63,697 nt of DNA, filler included, from Lama guanicoe (GCA_013239625.1; 200 parts of 200 records of this genome joined end to end with filler, not necessarily neighbours in it), one strand, 5' to 3'; counted from the whole stretch's first letter, positions 38,324 through 49,980 are shown. The notes: generated by a model from the letters alone, not told the origin. Numbers and translations: made by a program.

Positions 38324-38417
38324 TATTTTTAATTATTATTCATAATGAAGTGAAAAATAAATTATTCATTTATTTTTAATTATTATTCATAATGAAATGA
38401 AAAATAAATTATTCATT
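38324..38417. repeat. 47-bp direct tandem duplication (one mismatch)
   Basis: 38324-38370 vs 38371-38417: tatttttaattattattcataatgaa[g/a]tgaaaaataaattattcatt. Confidence 0.9.
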
Positions 38418-38596
38418 TATTATTATTTATTATTAAATTTCTTCAATGTGAAAAAGGAATTTTGATTATGTAGGAATATGCTCTTATTCTTTTTTTNNNN
38501 NNNNNNNNNNNNNNNNNNNNNNNNNNNNNNNNNNNNNNNNTTAATTAATTAANNNNNNNNNNNNNNNNNNNNNNNNNNNNNNNNNNNNNNNNNNNN

Positions 38597-38638
38597 TGCC
38601 ACCACCGCCACGGGGTCCAAGTATACCATCACTGGGAT
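38597..38638 (-). CDS. ITGA7: Integrin alpha-7, start of the juxtamembrane/transmembrane exon (IPVMVYLDPVAVVA)
   Basis: Acceptor 'ctccctccccag|ATC'; in frame with the upstream exon; matches human ITGA7 'IPVMVYLDPMAVVAEG' (recalled). Confidence 0.93.
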
Positions 38639-38726
38639 CTGGGGAGGGAGGGGTTCACAGAATGAGGGCGGGCGCGGCAGGAGAAAAGAGACGCCCCAGC
38701 CCCTCCTCCCCAGCCCTGCAGCTCAC
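38639..38726 (-). other. ITGA7: 88-nt GT-AG phase-0 intron of ITGA7
   Basis: gtgagc...ccccag between two in-frame ITGA7 segments. Confidence 0.92.
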
Positions 38727-38815
38727 CACAATGGAGGCATCTCTGAGCAGCAGGTTCTTGATGGACGACTTCACGGTGATGTTGGCTCGAACGATCACCT
38801 CCAGGGACTTCACAG
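38727..38815 (-). CDS. ITGA7: Integrin alpha-7, 3' part of the calf-2 exon (VKSLEVIVRANITVKSSIKNLLLRDASIV)
   Basis: Matches human 'AVKSLEVIVRANITVKSSIKNLMLRDASTV' (recalled); donor 'GTG|gtgagc'. Not in the ORF track. Confidence 0.93.
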
Positions 38816-39234
38816 NNNNNNNNNNNNNNNNNNNNNNNNNNNNNNNNNNNNNNNNNNNNTTAATTAATTAANNNNNNNNNNNNNNNNNNNNNNNNNNNNN
38901 NNNNNNNNNNNNNNNTTGAACATGCTATGTCAGCACTTCCGTTTCAACATGGAGTCGCTCGATGGAGCTCCCAGAAGCATCCGCTCCCTGGAGGCAGGCC
39001 CAGTGCTGGGGTTGTCAGCAGTCTGGACGGTGGGCCCAGGACAGCAGTGGTTTGCAGCCCTGTGGTGCAGGACTTTATTCTCCATGGAAAGGAGATGATC
39101 GTTTCCTCCACGGAAACCAAGTTGCTTTGCTCCTNNNNNNNNNNNNNNNNNNNNNNNNNNNNNNNNNNNNNNNNNNNNTTAATTAATTAANNNNNNNNNN
39201 NNNNNNNNNNNNNNNNNNNNNNNNNNNNNNNNNN

Positions 39235-39390
39235 GGGATGGAGGCGGCTCGGACACAGAGTGCTGTCCGCGCAGAGCGGGGGCAGCCGTTACTGGCGCGT
39301 CCCCAGCCGAAGCTTCAGAAGCAGCCCAGACCTTGTCACAAGCTGAGAGCCCGCATGGGCCCCTCTTGCTCCGGCACTGCTCCCTCCAGG
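39235..39390 (+). CDS. Candidate exon 3' part (DGGGSDTECCPRR...PLLLRHCSLQ), unidentified
   Basis: Open frame to donor 'CAGG|gtgaga'. The sequence is GC-rich, so an open frame is weak evidence. Confidence 0.25.
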
Positions 39391-39553
39391 GTGAGAGCGC
39401 CGGTGTTGGAGGAGAGGGAGCACACATTATAGGGAACAGAGCCAGCTTGGACCNNNNNNNNNNNNNNNNNNNNNNNNNNNNNNNNNNNNNNNNNNNNTTA
39501 ATTAATTAANNNNNNNNNNNNNNNNNNNNNNNNNNNNNNNNNNNNNNNNNNNN

Positions 39554-40091
39554 ATGCCACATCTGTCTTATGATAGATGCTGTTTGGATTAGGAAGGTGA
39601 ACATCTGTCTTTGGTCAAGTACCTGGGCCAGGGATGGACCACAGCATTTTGCACGGTTGAAGCTGGCCCCAGAGAAGCCTAAAGCTTCTACTTTTGCTGT
39701 ATTCCCCCTCTGCCTCTGTTCTCTTGAGATATTTTCAAATATTGAAAACAATAAATGAGTAGAATATGGTCTNNNNNNNNNNNNNNNNNNNNNNNNNNNN
39801 NNNNNNNNNNNNNNNNTTAATTAATTAANNNNNNNNNNNNNNNNNNNNNNNNNNNNNNNNNNNNNNNNNNNNATGCCACATCTGTCTTATGATAGATGCT
39901 GTTTGGATTAGGAAGGTGAACGTCTGTCTTTGGTCAAGTAACTGGGCCAGGGATGGACCACAGCATTTTGCAAGGTTGAAGCTGGCCCCAGAGAGGCCTA
40001 AAGCTTCTACTTTTGCTGTATTCCCCCTCTGCCTCTGTTCTTTTGAGATATTTTCAAATATTGAAAACAATAAATGAGTAGAATATGGTCT
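39554..40091 (+). repeat. Near-identical fragment pair 39554-39772 / 39873-40091
   Basis: Same boundaries, 5 substitutions, no indels, 49 identical nt at each end. Confidence 0.97.
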
Positions 40092-40191
40092 NNNNNNNNN
40101 NNNNNNNNNNNNNNNNNNNNNNNNNNNNNNNNNNNTTAATTAATTAANNNNNNNNNNNNNNNNNNNNNNNNNNNNNNNNNNNNNNNNNNNN

Positions 40192-40410
40192 TCTGACATA
40201 AATGGAAAATCCAAGTCTCAAAGTCATATGGAATTACAAGGAGTCCTAAAAACCCAAAACTATCTGGAAAAAGAACTAAGTCAGAGAACTCATGCTTTCC
40301 AAGTTCCAAACTAACGACAAAGCTATAGTAATCAAAACAGTGCAGTACTGGCATAAGGACAGACAATGGGATAGAATTTAGAGTCCATAAATAGGTGCAT
40401 ATATCTGTGA
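40192..40410 (+). mobile_element. LINE-1 ORF2 fragment
   Basis: 'caaagctatagtaatcaaaacagtgcagtactggcataaggacagaca'. Confidence 0.9.
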
Positions 40411-40644
40411 NNNNNNNNNNNNNNNNNNNNNNNNNNNNNNNNNNNNNNNNNNNNTTAATTAATTAANNNNNNNNNNNNNNNNNNNNNNNNNNNNNNNNNN
40501 NNNNNNNNNNTGACGCCTTCATCTGTTCAGTCATCTTCAAAAACAGGAAATGATAACCAGTGAATATTGGGCAATGTAAAATTTTAAAAGGAACAGAATG
40601 TCAAATGGCTAAAAATGAAGACAATCTGAATTGAGAATTTTGTT

Positions 40645-40721
40645 CCTGGGTTCAGTGGAGGAGGTACTGGGTTCCTCTATGAAATAAATAATTAATTAAA
40701 TAAACCCAATTACCTCCCACC
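40645..40721 (+). mobile_element. 5'-truncated, rearranged Vic-1-like SINE
   Basis: B-box start 'cctgggttca' and tail 'aaataaacccaattacctccc', like the copy at 54305. Confidence 0.55.
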
Positions 40722-41148
40722 TGCTAAACNNNNNNNNNNNNNNNNNNNNNNNNNNNNNNNNNNNNNNNNNNNNTTAATTAATTAANNNNNNNNNNNNNNN
40801 NNNNNNNNNNNNNNNNNNNNNNNNNNNNNTCAGTTAAAATTTGGTACCATTCTTATTTTAAATGTTATAAAAATAAGCACAATTCCAGAAATGTAATAGA
40901 ATCAAGTCATTTAACCGCTTTGATTCATCATCCTGTTGTAAACAGGTTAACGTATGAAGGAAATGACACGTGTCAGTTTGTAACTATTAAATACATGTGT
41001 TTTGCTGCAGAGAAAAGAAATGAGAAAGAATTTGTTGATCAAGGAGCTNNNNNNNNNNNNNNNNNNNNNNNNNNNNNNNNNNNNNNNNNNNNTTAATTAA
41101 TTAANNNNNNNNNNNNNNNNNNNNNNNNNNNNNNNNNNNNNNNNNNNN

Positions 41149-41367
41149 TCCCATAACTGTTTCCACATCTGTTGTCCCCAAAGGGGCCGGTGCCTAATCA
41201 TCCAGTCTTGCAGGGCCCATTGGGGTATCCATAATGTAAGGCCTCGATATATGGCCCAACTATCTCTTCAAATCTGCGAGGGGCTAGCTTCATTCATCAA
41301 CACCAGCCATACTGTCTGTAACTCAGCCCATTGGCTGGATTGGCCTTCTCCGGTCTCATACCAGAAG
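41149..41367 (-). mobile_element. Class III (ERV-L/ERV-S-like) endogenous retrovirus pol, RNase H fragment with one stop
   Basis: FWYETGEGQSSQWAELQTVWLVLMNEASPSQI*RDSWAIYRGLTLWIPQWALQDWMIRHRPLWGQQMWKQLW. Motifs SSQWAEL, (T)DSW and (I/L)WG..MW are characteristic. Confidence 0.88.
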
Positions 41368-41467
41368 NNNNNNNNNNNNNNNNNNNNNNNNNNNNNNNNN
41401 NNNNNNNNNNNTTAATTAATTAANNNNNNNNNNNNNNNNNNNNNNNNNNNNNNNNNNNNNNNNNNNN

Positions 41468-41686
41468 TTCGGGGTCTTTTGTGGTTCCTTATAAATTCTG
41501 GAATTGTTCTAGTTCTGTGAGGAATGTTGTGAGTATTTTGGCAGGGGTTGCGTTGGATCTGTGGATTGCTTTGGGAAGCGTGGCCATTTTCATAGCGTTG
41601 ATTCCTCCAACAGCACATAAAATCTTTCCATTTCTTTGTGTTTTGTTGTTTTTGATGTAATGGAAATGTCTCTGCCAGTTATAAAA
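41468..41686 (-). mobile_element. LINE-1 ORF2 fragment
   Basis: 'gggtcttttgtggttccttataaatt...gttctagttctgtgaggaatgt...gattgctttggg'. Confidence 0.9.
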
Positions 41687-42105
41687 NNNNNNNNNNNNNN
41701 NNNNNNNNNNNNNNNNNNNNNNNNNNNNNNTTAATTAATTAANNNNNNNNNNNNNNNNNNNNNNNNNNNNNNNNNNNNNNNNNNNNCGTATTTTTCCTGA
41801 GAAGTCAGATTATAATCAGAAGGTTGCTTAATGAGCAGAGGTTCGGAGCAAAGGCAGTTAGTGGGATGTGTGATTTGAGTGTTTAGTGGATCAGACGGAT
41901 TAAACTGGTACAGCCTGATCGCTGCACACAGCTATAGACGAGAGTGTTAAAAAGGACTTGAATCCCGTGTGTCATTCCTGGCTTTACCACCTACTAGCTC
42001 TGTGANNNNNNNNNNNNNNNNNNNNNNNNNNNNNNNNNNNNNNNNNNNNTTAATTAATTAANNNNNNNNNNNNNNNNNNNNNNNNNNNNNNNNNNNNNNN
42101 NNNNN

Positions 42106-42205
42106 AAAAAGGGAAAGGGGAGAAAAAGGGAGCCCAGACAGCAACTGAATGGAAACCTGCGCACCTACTTGGCGAGGAGGAGGTGCTATCAGGAATCTAT
42201 ACAGA
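42106..42205 (+). CDS. Candidate exon 3' part (KGKGEKKGAQTATEWKPAHLLGEEEVLSGIYT), unidentified
   Basis: Purine-rich open frame ending at 'GA|gtaagt', followed by AT-rich intron-like sequence. Confidence 0.3.
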
Positions 42206-44657
42206 GTAAGTTTTAGTTAATGCTAATAAGCACATCTTGTTGGATTGACTTCTTGTTTATTAGCCAAAGATAATAATTGCATTTTAAACTAAAAGTGTAT
42301 TACAACTGTCATTAGCCTTGTCAANNNNNNNNNNNNNNNNNNNNNNNNNNNNNNNNNNNNNNNNNNNNTTAATTAATTAANNNNNNNNNNNNNNNNNNNN
42401 NNNNNNNNNNNNNNNNNNNNNNNNCGATCTGAGGCTGCCTTCCCCGACCCAGACATTTCAGGCAGCTTTGAAACAGGTTGTTCTGTTTCCCTCTGACTGC
42501 TCGTAAGACATTCTCTTAGTGTTTGGGTCTCAATAGCCCGACTATAATGAGCTTAGATTTGATTTTCTTTGTGCTTATTCTGTTTCGGCTTCTTTCAGCT
42601 CCTTGAATCTGGGGGCTGAGGATTTTTTAAAAATTTGAAAATGNNNNNNNNNNNNNNNNNNNNNNNNNNNNNNNNNNNNNNNNNNNNTTAATTAATTAAN
42701 NNNNNNNNNNNNNNNNNNNNNNNNNNNNNNNNNNNNNNNNNNNCTGATTCTATGAGTGCTATTTAAAACTTTAAATTATAGTTAACTGACAAAAATGCAA
42801 AATATTTGTGTATGTCCAGTACAGCTTCAGCTGAATTCCCTTGTCCACTCTGGAAGAAGCAGTTTCCTCAATTTACAGATTCATTTCAATATTCCTGATC
42901 TATAAATGTGAATGTCCTTTGGATTCTCCTTTGAATTGGTTGCAATGGCTCATCAGCTTTCTNNNNNNNNNNNNNNNNNNNNNNNNNNNNNNNNNNNNNN
43001 NNNNNNTTAATTAATTAANNNNNNNNNNNNNNNNNNNNNNNNNNNNNNNNNNNNNNNNNNNNAAATGACAAATGTCTACTATTCATCTATTCTGACTTCA
43101 CTAAAAAATTTCACCAGGAGTCAGTATTGATTATCTTTCCAGCATTTGAAATGACTGTATGATTTTTTTGCTTCAGACTTATTGCTGTAGTAACTATATT
43201 AATAGATCTAGCTGAACTAGCTTCGCGACTTGGGAATAAAACCCACTTGGTTGTGATATTGTATTTTTTTAATGTATAGCTNNNNNNNNNNNNNNNNNNN
43301 NNNNNNNNNNNNNNNNNNNNNNNNNTTAATTAATTAANNNNNNNNNNNNNNNNNNNNNNNNNNNNNNNNNNNNNNNNNNNNTGTAGTTGGAAGAAATAAT
43401 ACAGAGGGCTCCCTGTATATCTTTCACCTAATTTCCCTTAGTGGTAAAATCATGAAAGAAATAATAAAATGTGCCAAACAAGAAACTGACGTGATACAGT
43501 TCATGGGCCTCAGTCAGACTTCACCAGTTCTACATGCACTCATTTGTGTGCGTGCGTTTGTATTTCACACAGTTTTACCACAGGTATAGACTCATATGAC
43601 NNNNNNNNNNNNNNNNNNNNNNNNNNNNNNNNNNNNNNNNNNNNTTAATTAATTAANNNNNNNNNNNNNNNNNNNNNNNNNNNNNNNNNNNNNNNNNNNN
43701 TACTGTGTCTAACCTAAGAGCCACCTGTCACTCTGGGTCCTCTAACCTCGGTGGCTTTCAAACTTGCCTGTTAGCCACAGTGAGAAATACATTTTCTATC
43801 GTGACCCCATATGATGTGTATAGAAAACCACAACAAAAATTTTATAAAACAATACCTATGTATACTATGAGAGATGTTCTCCAGTACCTCCGATTCCATT
43901 TCATTCCATTCCATCCTAANNNNNNNNNNNNNNNNNNNNNNNNNNNNNNNNNNNNNNNNNNNNTTAATTAATTAANNNNNNNNNNNNNNNNNNNNNNNNN
44001 NNNNNNNNNNNNNNNNNNNAGCCCCGTGCCGGTCCGATCTCCTAGCCTGGGCAGCAGTTTGCTTCTCCTTCCACCGAATGTTTGCAGTAGGTGAAGGGGC
44101 AAGTTCCCTGTGTCTGGCGAGGTTGCTGACGCTGCTTTTAGAGCAGCTTTGCGGAAAGCACGCTCTTTGACCTGTGATGTGTAAACATTGCTTTGCCGCC
44201 CAGCCCGCACCCTGGGCTGCCGCGGGTGCGATGCTGGANNNNNNNNNNNNNNNNNNNNNNNNNNNNNNNNNNNNNNNNNNNNTTAATTAATTAANNNNNN
44301 NNNNNNNNNNNNNNNNNNNNNNNNNNNNNNNNNNNNNNGGACTGGCCAGCCGAGCCACCTCCCTGCACTTCCTGTTGGGTGGCAGTGTCCCAGGTGCCTC
44401 ACCTAGAGCTTGTCTCGTTCTGCACGTCCTGTGCCGAGCGCAGTACCTGCCCGTGCAGGTAGGCACTCTGTCCGCCAGGGAGGGTTGTGTGAACGTGCCA
44501 GAACCTCCGGTTCTGAGACTGACGCGGCCCGACCCCTGCCTGAGGGCAGGAGGCTTCNNNNNNNNNNNNNNNNNNNNNNNNNNNNNNNNNNNNNNNNNNN
44601 NTTAATTAATTAANNNNNNNNNNNNNNNNNNNNNNNNNNNNNNNNNNNNNNNNNNNN

Positions 44658-44876
44658 TTTTTTTCAACCCTGTGGTGAGCAGAATTCTCTTCTGCCCCTC
44701 AGAGATGTCCCCGGTCCACCCTCGGAAGCTTCCCCGGCAGAAGGGCTTTGCAGGTGGGATCAGCCAAGGATCCTGAGCTGGGAAGATGCCCCGGCTAATG
44801 CAGGTGGGCCCAGTGTCACCCCGACAACCGTTGTACTTGACAGAAGGAGGCACAAGGGTGAGGGAGACTGGAAGAC
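44658..44876 (+). mobile_element. MLT1D-like LTR
   Basis: 'ggcagaagggctttgcaggtgggat...aaggatcctgag...caggtgggccca...gaaggaggca'. Confidence 0.7.
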
Positions 44877-47800
44877 NNNNNNNNNNNNNNNNNNNNNNNN
44901 NNNNNNNNNNNNNNNNNNNNTTAATTAATTAANNNNNNNNNNNNNNNNNNNNNNNNNNNNNNNNNNNNNNNNNNNNTATCGTTTATATTTCACATCTTAG
45001 AATATAAAAGAGGTATATGAAAACAATCTTTACTTGATAGTGTTAATATCATGGTATAAGTCTAGAAAAGATTTAAAAATCTGCATTTAATTGATAAATT
45101 AACTGTATTACTACGATTACTAAGGGATAAATTGACAATTTGACCGATTATCAATACTAGGAAAAAAGCATTTTCCTGTAGGAGTTCCAAAACTGNNNNN
45201 NNNNNNNNNNNNNNNNNNNNNNNNNNNNNNNNNNNNNNNTTAATTAATTAANNNNNNNNNNNNNNNNNNNNNNNNNNNNNNNNNNNNNNNNNNNNAGCCA
45301 GGTAAATGAGGATGTGAGCCTTCCTTCCAGACAGAAGCTTTAAACCTGCATGTGAGTCTCCCCTCCAAGTAAGATGTCCTGGAGAGGAGCCCGAACCCAC
45401 AATGTGAACAGCATGAGTGAAGTAAAGTTTTCTGACTGTAAACCTGCTAACACCTTGGAACTGAATGTTACCACAGCGTAACTAGTCTACTCTGAGCAAA
45501 TGAACAGGCTAAATNNNNNNNNNNNNNNNNNNNNNNNNNNNNNNNNNNNNNNNNNNNNTTAATTAATTAANNNNNNNNNNNNNNNNNNNNNNNNNNNNNN
45601 NNNNNNNNNNNNNNTGCCATGAGGAGCCCAAAGTTGTCAGAGGCCAGTCTTAGCTGTGTTCCCATTGGAAACATTCTTTCCTGGGGCACTAGAACCTCTG
45701 AAATAACTAAACCAAAGTTCACAAAAATAAAAAGCATAAACTTCCATAGTAAATAATTTGGTCCTGTTTTTAAAGTGAACTTTTCTACCTTGGGTTCACA
45801 TATGCTGACTATAGAACAGATGGCAATATATATNNNNNNNNNNNNNNNNNNNNNNNNNNNNNNNNNNNNNNNNNNNNTTAATTAATTAANNNNNNNNNNN
45901 NNNNNNNNNNNNNNNNNNNNNNNNNNNNNNNNNCTCAATTTAATATGTTATTGGTGCCCTTAGAATAACAACTGTATCATTTCCGTAATTTTACCCAAGT
46001 ATCATTTCTGTCATCACTCCTGACCCAAACCAAAACTTTTAAATCCCACCTTCTTTAGACTCTATGAAGAAGGGAATAGACAGAAAAGATACAAAGGGCA
46101 TGCGACACTCATAAGTAAGAGAGGCTTTGAGTTAGGAAAGTACCAGAACAAGNNNNNNNNNNNNNNNNNNNNNNNNNNNNNNNNNNNNNNNNNNNNTTAA
46201 TTAATTAANNNNNNNNNNNNNNNNNNNNNNNNNNNNNNNNNNNNNNNNNNNNTTGCATCTCTTTCGGTTTTCTCAAACTAAACATGTCTGAAACTGAGTT
46301 TACCACTTTATTCTCTCCCCCTGCAGACCTGCTTCTCTGTAGCTCCAACGTCTATTGATGTTACTGTCATCTGTGTTGTCTTTCAAACAACACAGATATG
46401 AGAGTCACCCAGTTTTCTCCTGTCCTCTTTACATTTTGCTCTCATCAAACAGCCAATTCACTCAATGAAAANNNNNNNNNNNNNNNNNNNNNNNNNNNNN
46501 NNNNNNNNNNNNNNNTTAATTAATTAANNNNNNNNNNNNNNNNNNNNNNNNNNNNNNNNNNNNNNNNNNNNGGAACTACATTCAGTATCTTGTAGCCACC
46601 TATCAAGAAAACGAATATGAAAAGGAACGTATACACGTGACAAACATTGTTCTGTACGACACTGTGAACTGGCTATAATTCAATAAAAAGAAAGGAAAAA
46701 AAAAGACCTTGGAAAGACAGCAAGGGAGGAGAATTCTAGAGGAATTCCCAAAGACACGCTTGAACGTGGACAACTCATCTTGGTAGCCACNNNNNNNNNN
46801 NNNNNNNNNNNNNNNNNNNNNNNNNNNNNNNNNNTTAATTAATTAANNNNNNNNNNNNNNNNNNNNNNNNNNNNNNNNNNNNNNNNNNNNCATGGAAGCG
46901 TTGACGTGCACGAATGATGGGAACACAGGTACCTAAAAGTGCTGTGGTCCAAACGCGAAAGGATTGCTAATATATAATTTTTACAACTGTTCTGCTTCTG
47001 TTTTACTTGGGGGCAAGGACTGAAATTTTGCCAAAGGATCACTTACACTGCAAGATTCCCAAATGGGATGTGAGTGTGGGACGCCCAAAGGCAGTAGGAT
47101 GCCCAGCACNNNNNNNNNNNNNNNNNNNNNNNNNNNNNNNNNNNNNNNNNNNNTTAATTAATTAANNNNNNNNNNNNNNNNNNNNNNNNNNNNNNNNNNN
47201 NNNNNNNNNTCTACTTTCTTTTTTAATGAAAAAAATTTTTTATTTTATCCTCTAGAAACTATTTTTCCCCCAATTGTATAAATGATATATCCTCTATGTG
47301 GAAAATCTGAAAAATGCAGACAAGTATAAAGAAAAAAAAAGGTAATCTCTCTGAGACTCATCTCTATGGGAATTAATCCTATAATAAACGTTGCACTGTA
47401 GGCCAACAGGGAAAAGTATATTTTTCAANNNNNNNNNNNNNNNNNNNNNNNNNNNNNNNNNNNNNNNNNNNNTTAATTAATTAANNNNNNNNNNNNNNNN
47501 NNNNNNNNNNNNNNNNNNNNNNNNNNNNGATCTTTTTCTTTGTTTTGTATCTTGGCTCCTGTGCGGTTACTGCTGGCTCTGTGTCTGTGTGCTGGTCAGA
47601 TCTGGAAAACTCCCTGCCGTAGTTTTTGTCAGACCGTTTTCTTTCTTCACCCTCTGTCCTCTCTTTCGTGGAGTCCATTTTCTTTATGTTAGGCGGGTTG
47701 ATAGGTGTCCCGCAGGTCGCTGAGGCTGTTACCGCAGTTTTTTCCTGNNNNNNNNNNNNNNNNNNNNNNNNNNNNNNNNNNNNNNNNNNNNTTAATTAAT

Positions 47801-48166
47801 TAANNNNNNNNNNNNNNNNNNNNNNNNNNNNNNNNNNNNNNNNNNNNGAGAAAATGCCCCAAGAGATCCAAGTAGAAGCTACCAGGCTCTGAGAAACCTA
47901 GCCTCAGAAGTCACGCATCATGACTTCCACCATATTCTATTGACGAAAGCAGTTATGGGCCAGTGGGTTCAAGTTTGGGAAGTTGGGAGGCCCTCAGTAG
48001 GGGAATGGCCTACACGAAATGGAGAGAAAAAATTAATGATGGCACCTTGGAGACTAGTTACCATACNNNNNNNNNNNNNNNNNNNNNNNNNNNNNNNNNN
48101 NNNNNNNNNNTTAATTAATTAANNNNNNNNNNNNNNNNNNNNNNNNNNNNNNNNNNNNNNNNNNNN

Positions 48167-48385
48167 TAACCCAGTTATTCCTGATGGAGAGGGCAGTCCT
48201 CGCTCCCCTGGGAACATTTGTCAGCATCTGGAGATATTTTTCTTGTCATAAATGTGGACATGGATGCTACTGGCATCTAGGAGGGGAGATCCAGAATGCT
48301 GCTAAGCCTCTTACAAGTGTGTGGGCCCCACTTCCACCCCCAAACCCCGCAAATGTCAATAGTGCAGAATGTGAAAGTCATTGTT
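48167..48385. mobile_element. MER20-type remnant; member A of a near-identical pair with 49762-49980
   Basis: 'cccctgggaacatttgtcagcatctggagatattttt...gctactggcatctag...atgctgctaa...aaatgtcaatagtgc'. Confidence 0.85.
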
Positions 48386-48485
48386 NNNNNNNNNNNNNNN
48401 NNNNNNNNNNNNNNNNNNNNNNNNNNNNNTTAATTAATTAANNNNNNNNNNNNNNNNNNNNNNNNNNNNNNNNNNNNNNNNNNNN

Positions 48486-48704
48486 TTTTTTTTGTTTTTT
48501 TGATACGTACCCAGGAGTGAAATTGCTGGATAATTTGGTAGTTCCATTTTTAGTTTTTTGAGGAACCTCTGCACTGTTTTCCATAAAGGCTGCAGCAGTC
48601 TGCGTTCCCACCAGCGGTATACCAGGATTCCCTTTTCTCCACATCCTTGCCAATATTTATTTGTAGACTTTTTGATGATAGCCATTCTGACAGGTGTGAG
48701 GTGA
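48486..48704 (-). mobile_element. LINE-1 ORF2 C-terminal fragment, open frame
   Basis: [50 protein letters not shown] matches the L1 ORF2 Cys-rich region. Confidence 0.95.
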
Positions 48705-48804
48705 NNNNNNNNNNNNNNNNNNNNNNNNNNNNNNNNNNNNNNNNNNNNTTAATTAATTAANNNNNNNNNNNNNNNNNNNNNNNNNNNNNNNNNNNNNNNN
48801 NNNN

Positions 48805-49023
48805 TGGAAAAATCTAGAATTATAGCTGGGAACTTCAATAACCTTGACTCAGCGATTGACAGACTTCGAGACAAAAAATCCGCAAGAATACAGAAGAATT
48901 TACCAATAAAATCAACCAACATGATCTAATCAAAATGTATAGACTATTTCACTCAACAGCAGCAAAGCACATATTATTTTCAAGCATCCATAAGACATTC
49001 ACCAAGAAAGACTGACTATATCC
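48805..49023 (+). mobile_element. LINE-1 ORF2 endonuclease fragment
   Basis: 'attatagctgggaacttcaata...caacagcagcaaagcacatattattttcaagc...gacattcaccaaga'. Confidence 0.85.
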
Positions 49024-49123
49024 NNNNNNNNNNNNNNNNNNNNNNNNNNNNNNNNNNNNNNNNNNNNTTAATTAATTAANNNNNNNNNNNNNNNNNNNNN
49101 NNNNNNNNNNNNNNNNNNNNNNN

Positions 49124-49342
49124 TGTATTTCCTGAGTGTTTCAGATGCTCAAAACCACCCCCAAAGGGAAGACATCAACTACTTGGTGATGGAGAGCACG
49201 TGGCCCCCAGACCTTCTGGTGCCTGGTGCGTGATGGTGTTGACCCCTTGTTTGCCATATTGACCAATCAGAGGATTGTGCACGAGCGGGTCATGCACCCT
49301 GAGACCCCCCACCTCACCTGGCTCTTAAATATGCTTTGCTGA
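49124..49342 (+). mobile_element. ERV LTR fragment (U3 with CCAAT and TATA-like boxes)
   Basis: 'ttgaccaatcagaggattgtgcacgagc...gctcttaaatatgctttgctga'. Confidence 0.6.
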
Positions 49343-49761
49343 NNNNNNNNNNNNNNNNNNNNNNNNNNNNNNNNNNNNNNNNNNNNTTAATTAATTAANN
49401 NNNNNNNNNNNNNNNNNNNNNNNNNNNNNNNNNNNNNNNNNNCACACCGGCCGGCTTCACCTGAGCGGCAGGCGGCAGGCGAACAGGGCCCCGGGGAGGT
49501 GAGTGCGCAGAGCTGCGTGGGGGCAGCCTGCTTCCTGAGCCGGTGTCTCCCAGAGTCACCAGCTGGAACCAGACGTGGGGGAGGGGGTGTTGACAGAGCG
49601 GGAGGTCAGGGTCCCCTGGCCTTCCGCCCAGCCCCCTATACCTGCCCAGCAGGGGGTGCAGNNNNNNNNNNNNNNNNNNNNNNNNNNNNNNNNNNNNNNN
49701 NNNNNTTAATTAATTAANNNNNNNNNNNNNNNNNNNNNNNNNNNNNNNNNNNNNNNNNNNN

Positions 49762-49980
49762 TAACCCAGTTATTCCTGATGGAGAGGGCAGTCCTCGCTC
49801 CCCTGGGAACGTTTGTCAGCATCTGGAGATATTTTTCTTGTCATAAATGTGGACATGAATGCTACTGGCATCTAGGAGGGGAGGTCCAGAATGCTGCTAA
49901 GCCTCTTACTAGTGTGTGGGCCCCACTTCCTCCCCCAAACCCCGCAAATGTCAATAGTGCAGAATGTGAAAGTCATTGTT
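49762..49980. mobile_element. MER20-type remnant; member B of the pair with 48167-48385
   Basis: Identical boundaries, 5 substitutions relative to member A. Confidence 0.9.

Noticed and set aside
23923..38815. Functional cluster of IL13RA1, NUTM2-like and ITGA7
   Set aside because: Adjacency is artificial. IL13RA1 is X-linked and ITGA7 autosomal in other mammals.
38916..39134. Possible terminal exon on the minus strand (...GAPSSDSMLKRKC*)
   Set aside because: Several frames are open on both strands, with no splice site or recognisable homology.
39506..40077. 'Paralogous' ORF pairs MFSIFENIS... and MIDAVWIRK...
   Set aside because: Similarity only reflects the near-identical bubble pair; no splice signals or recognisable protein.
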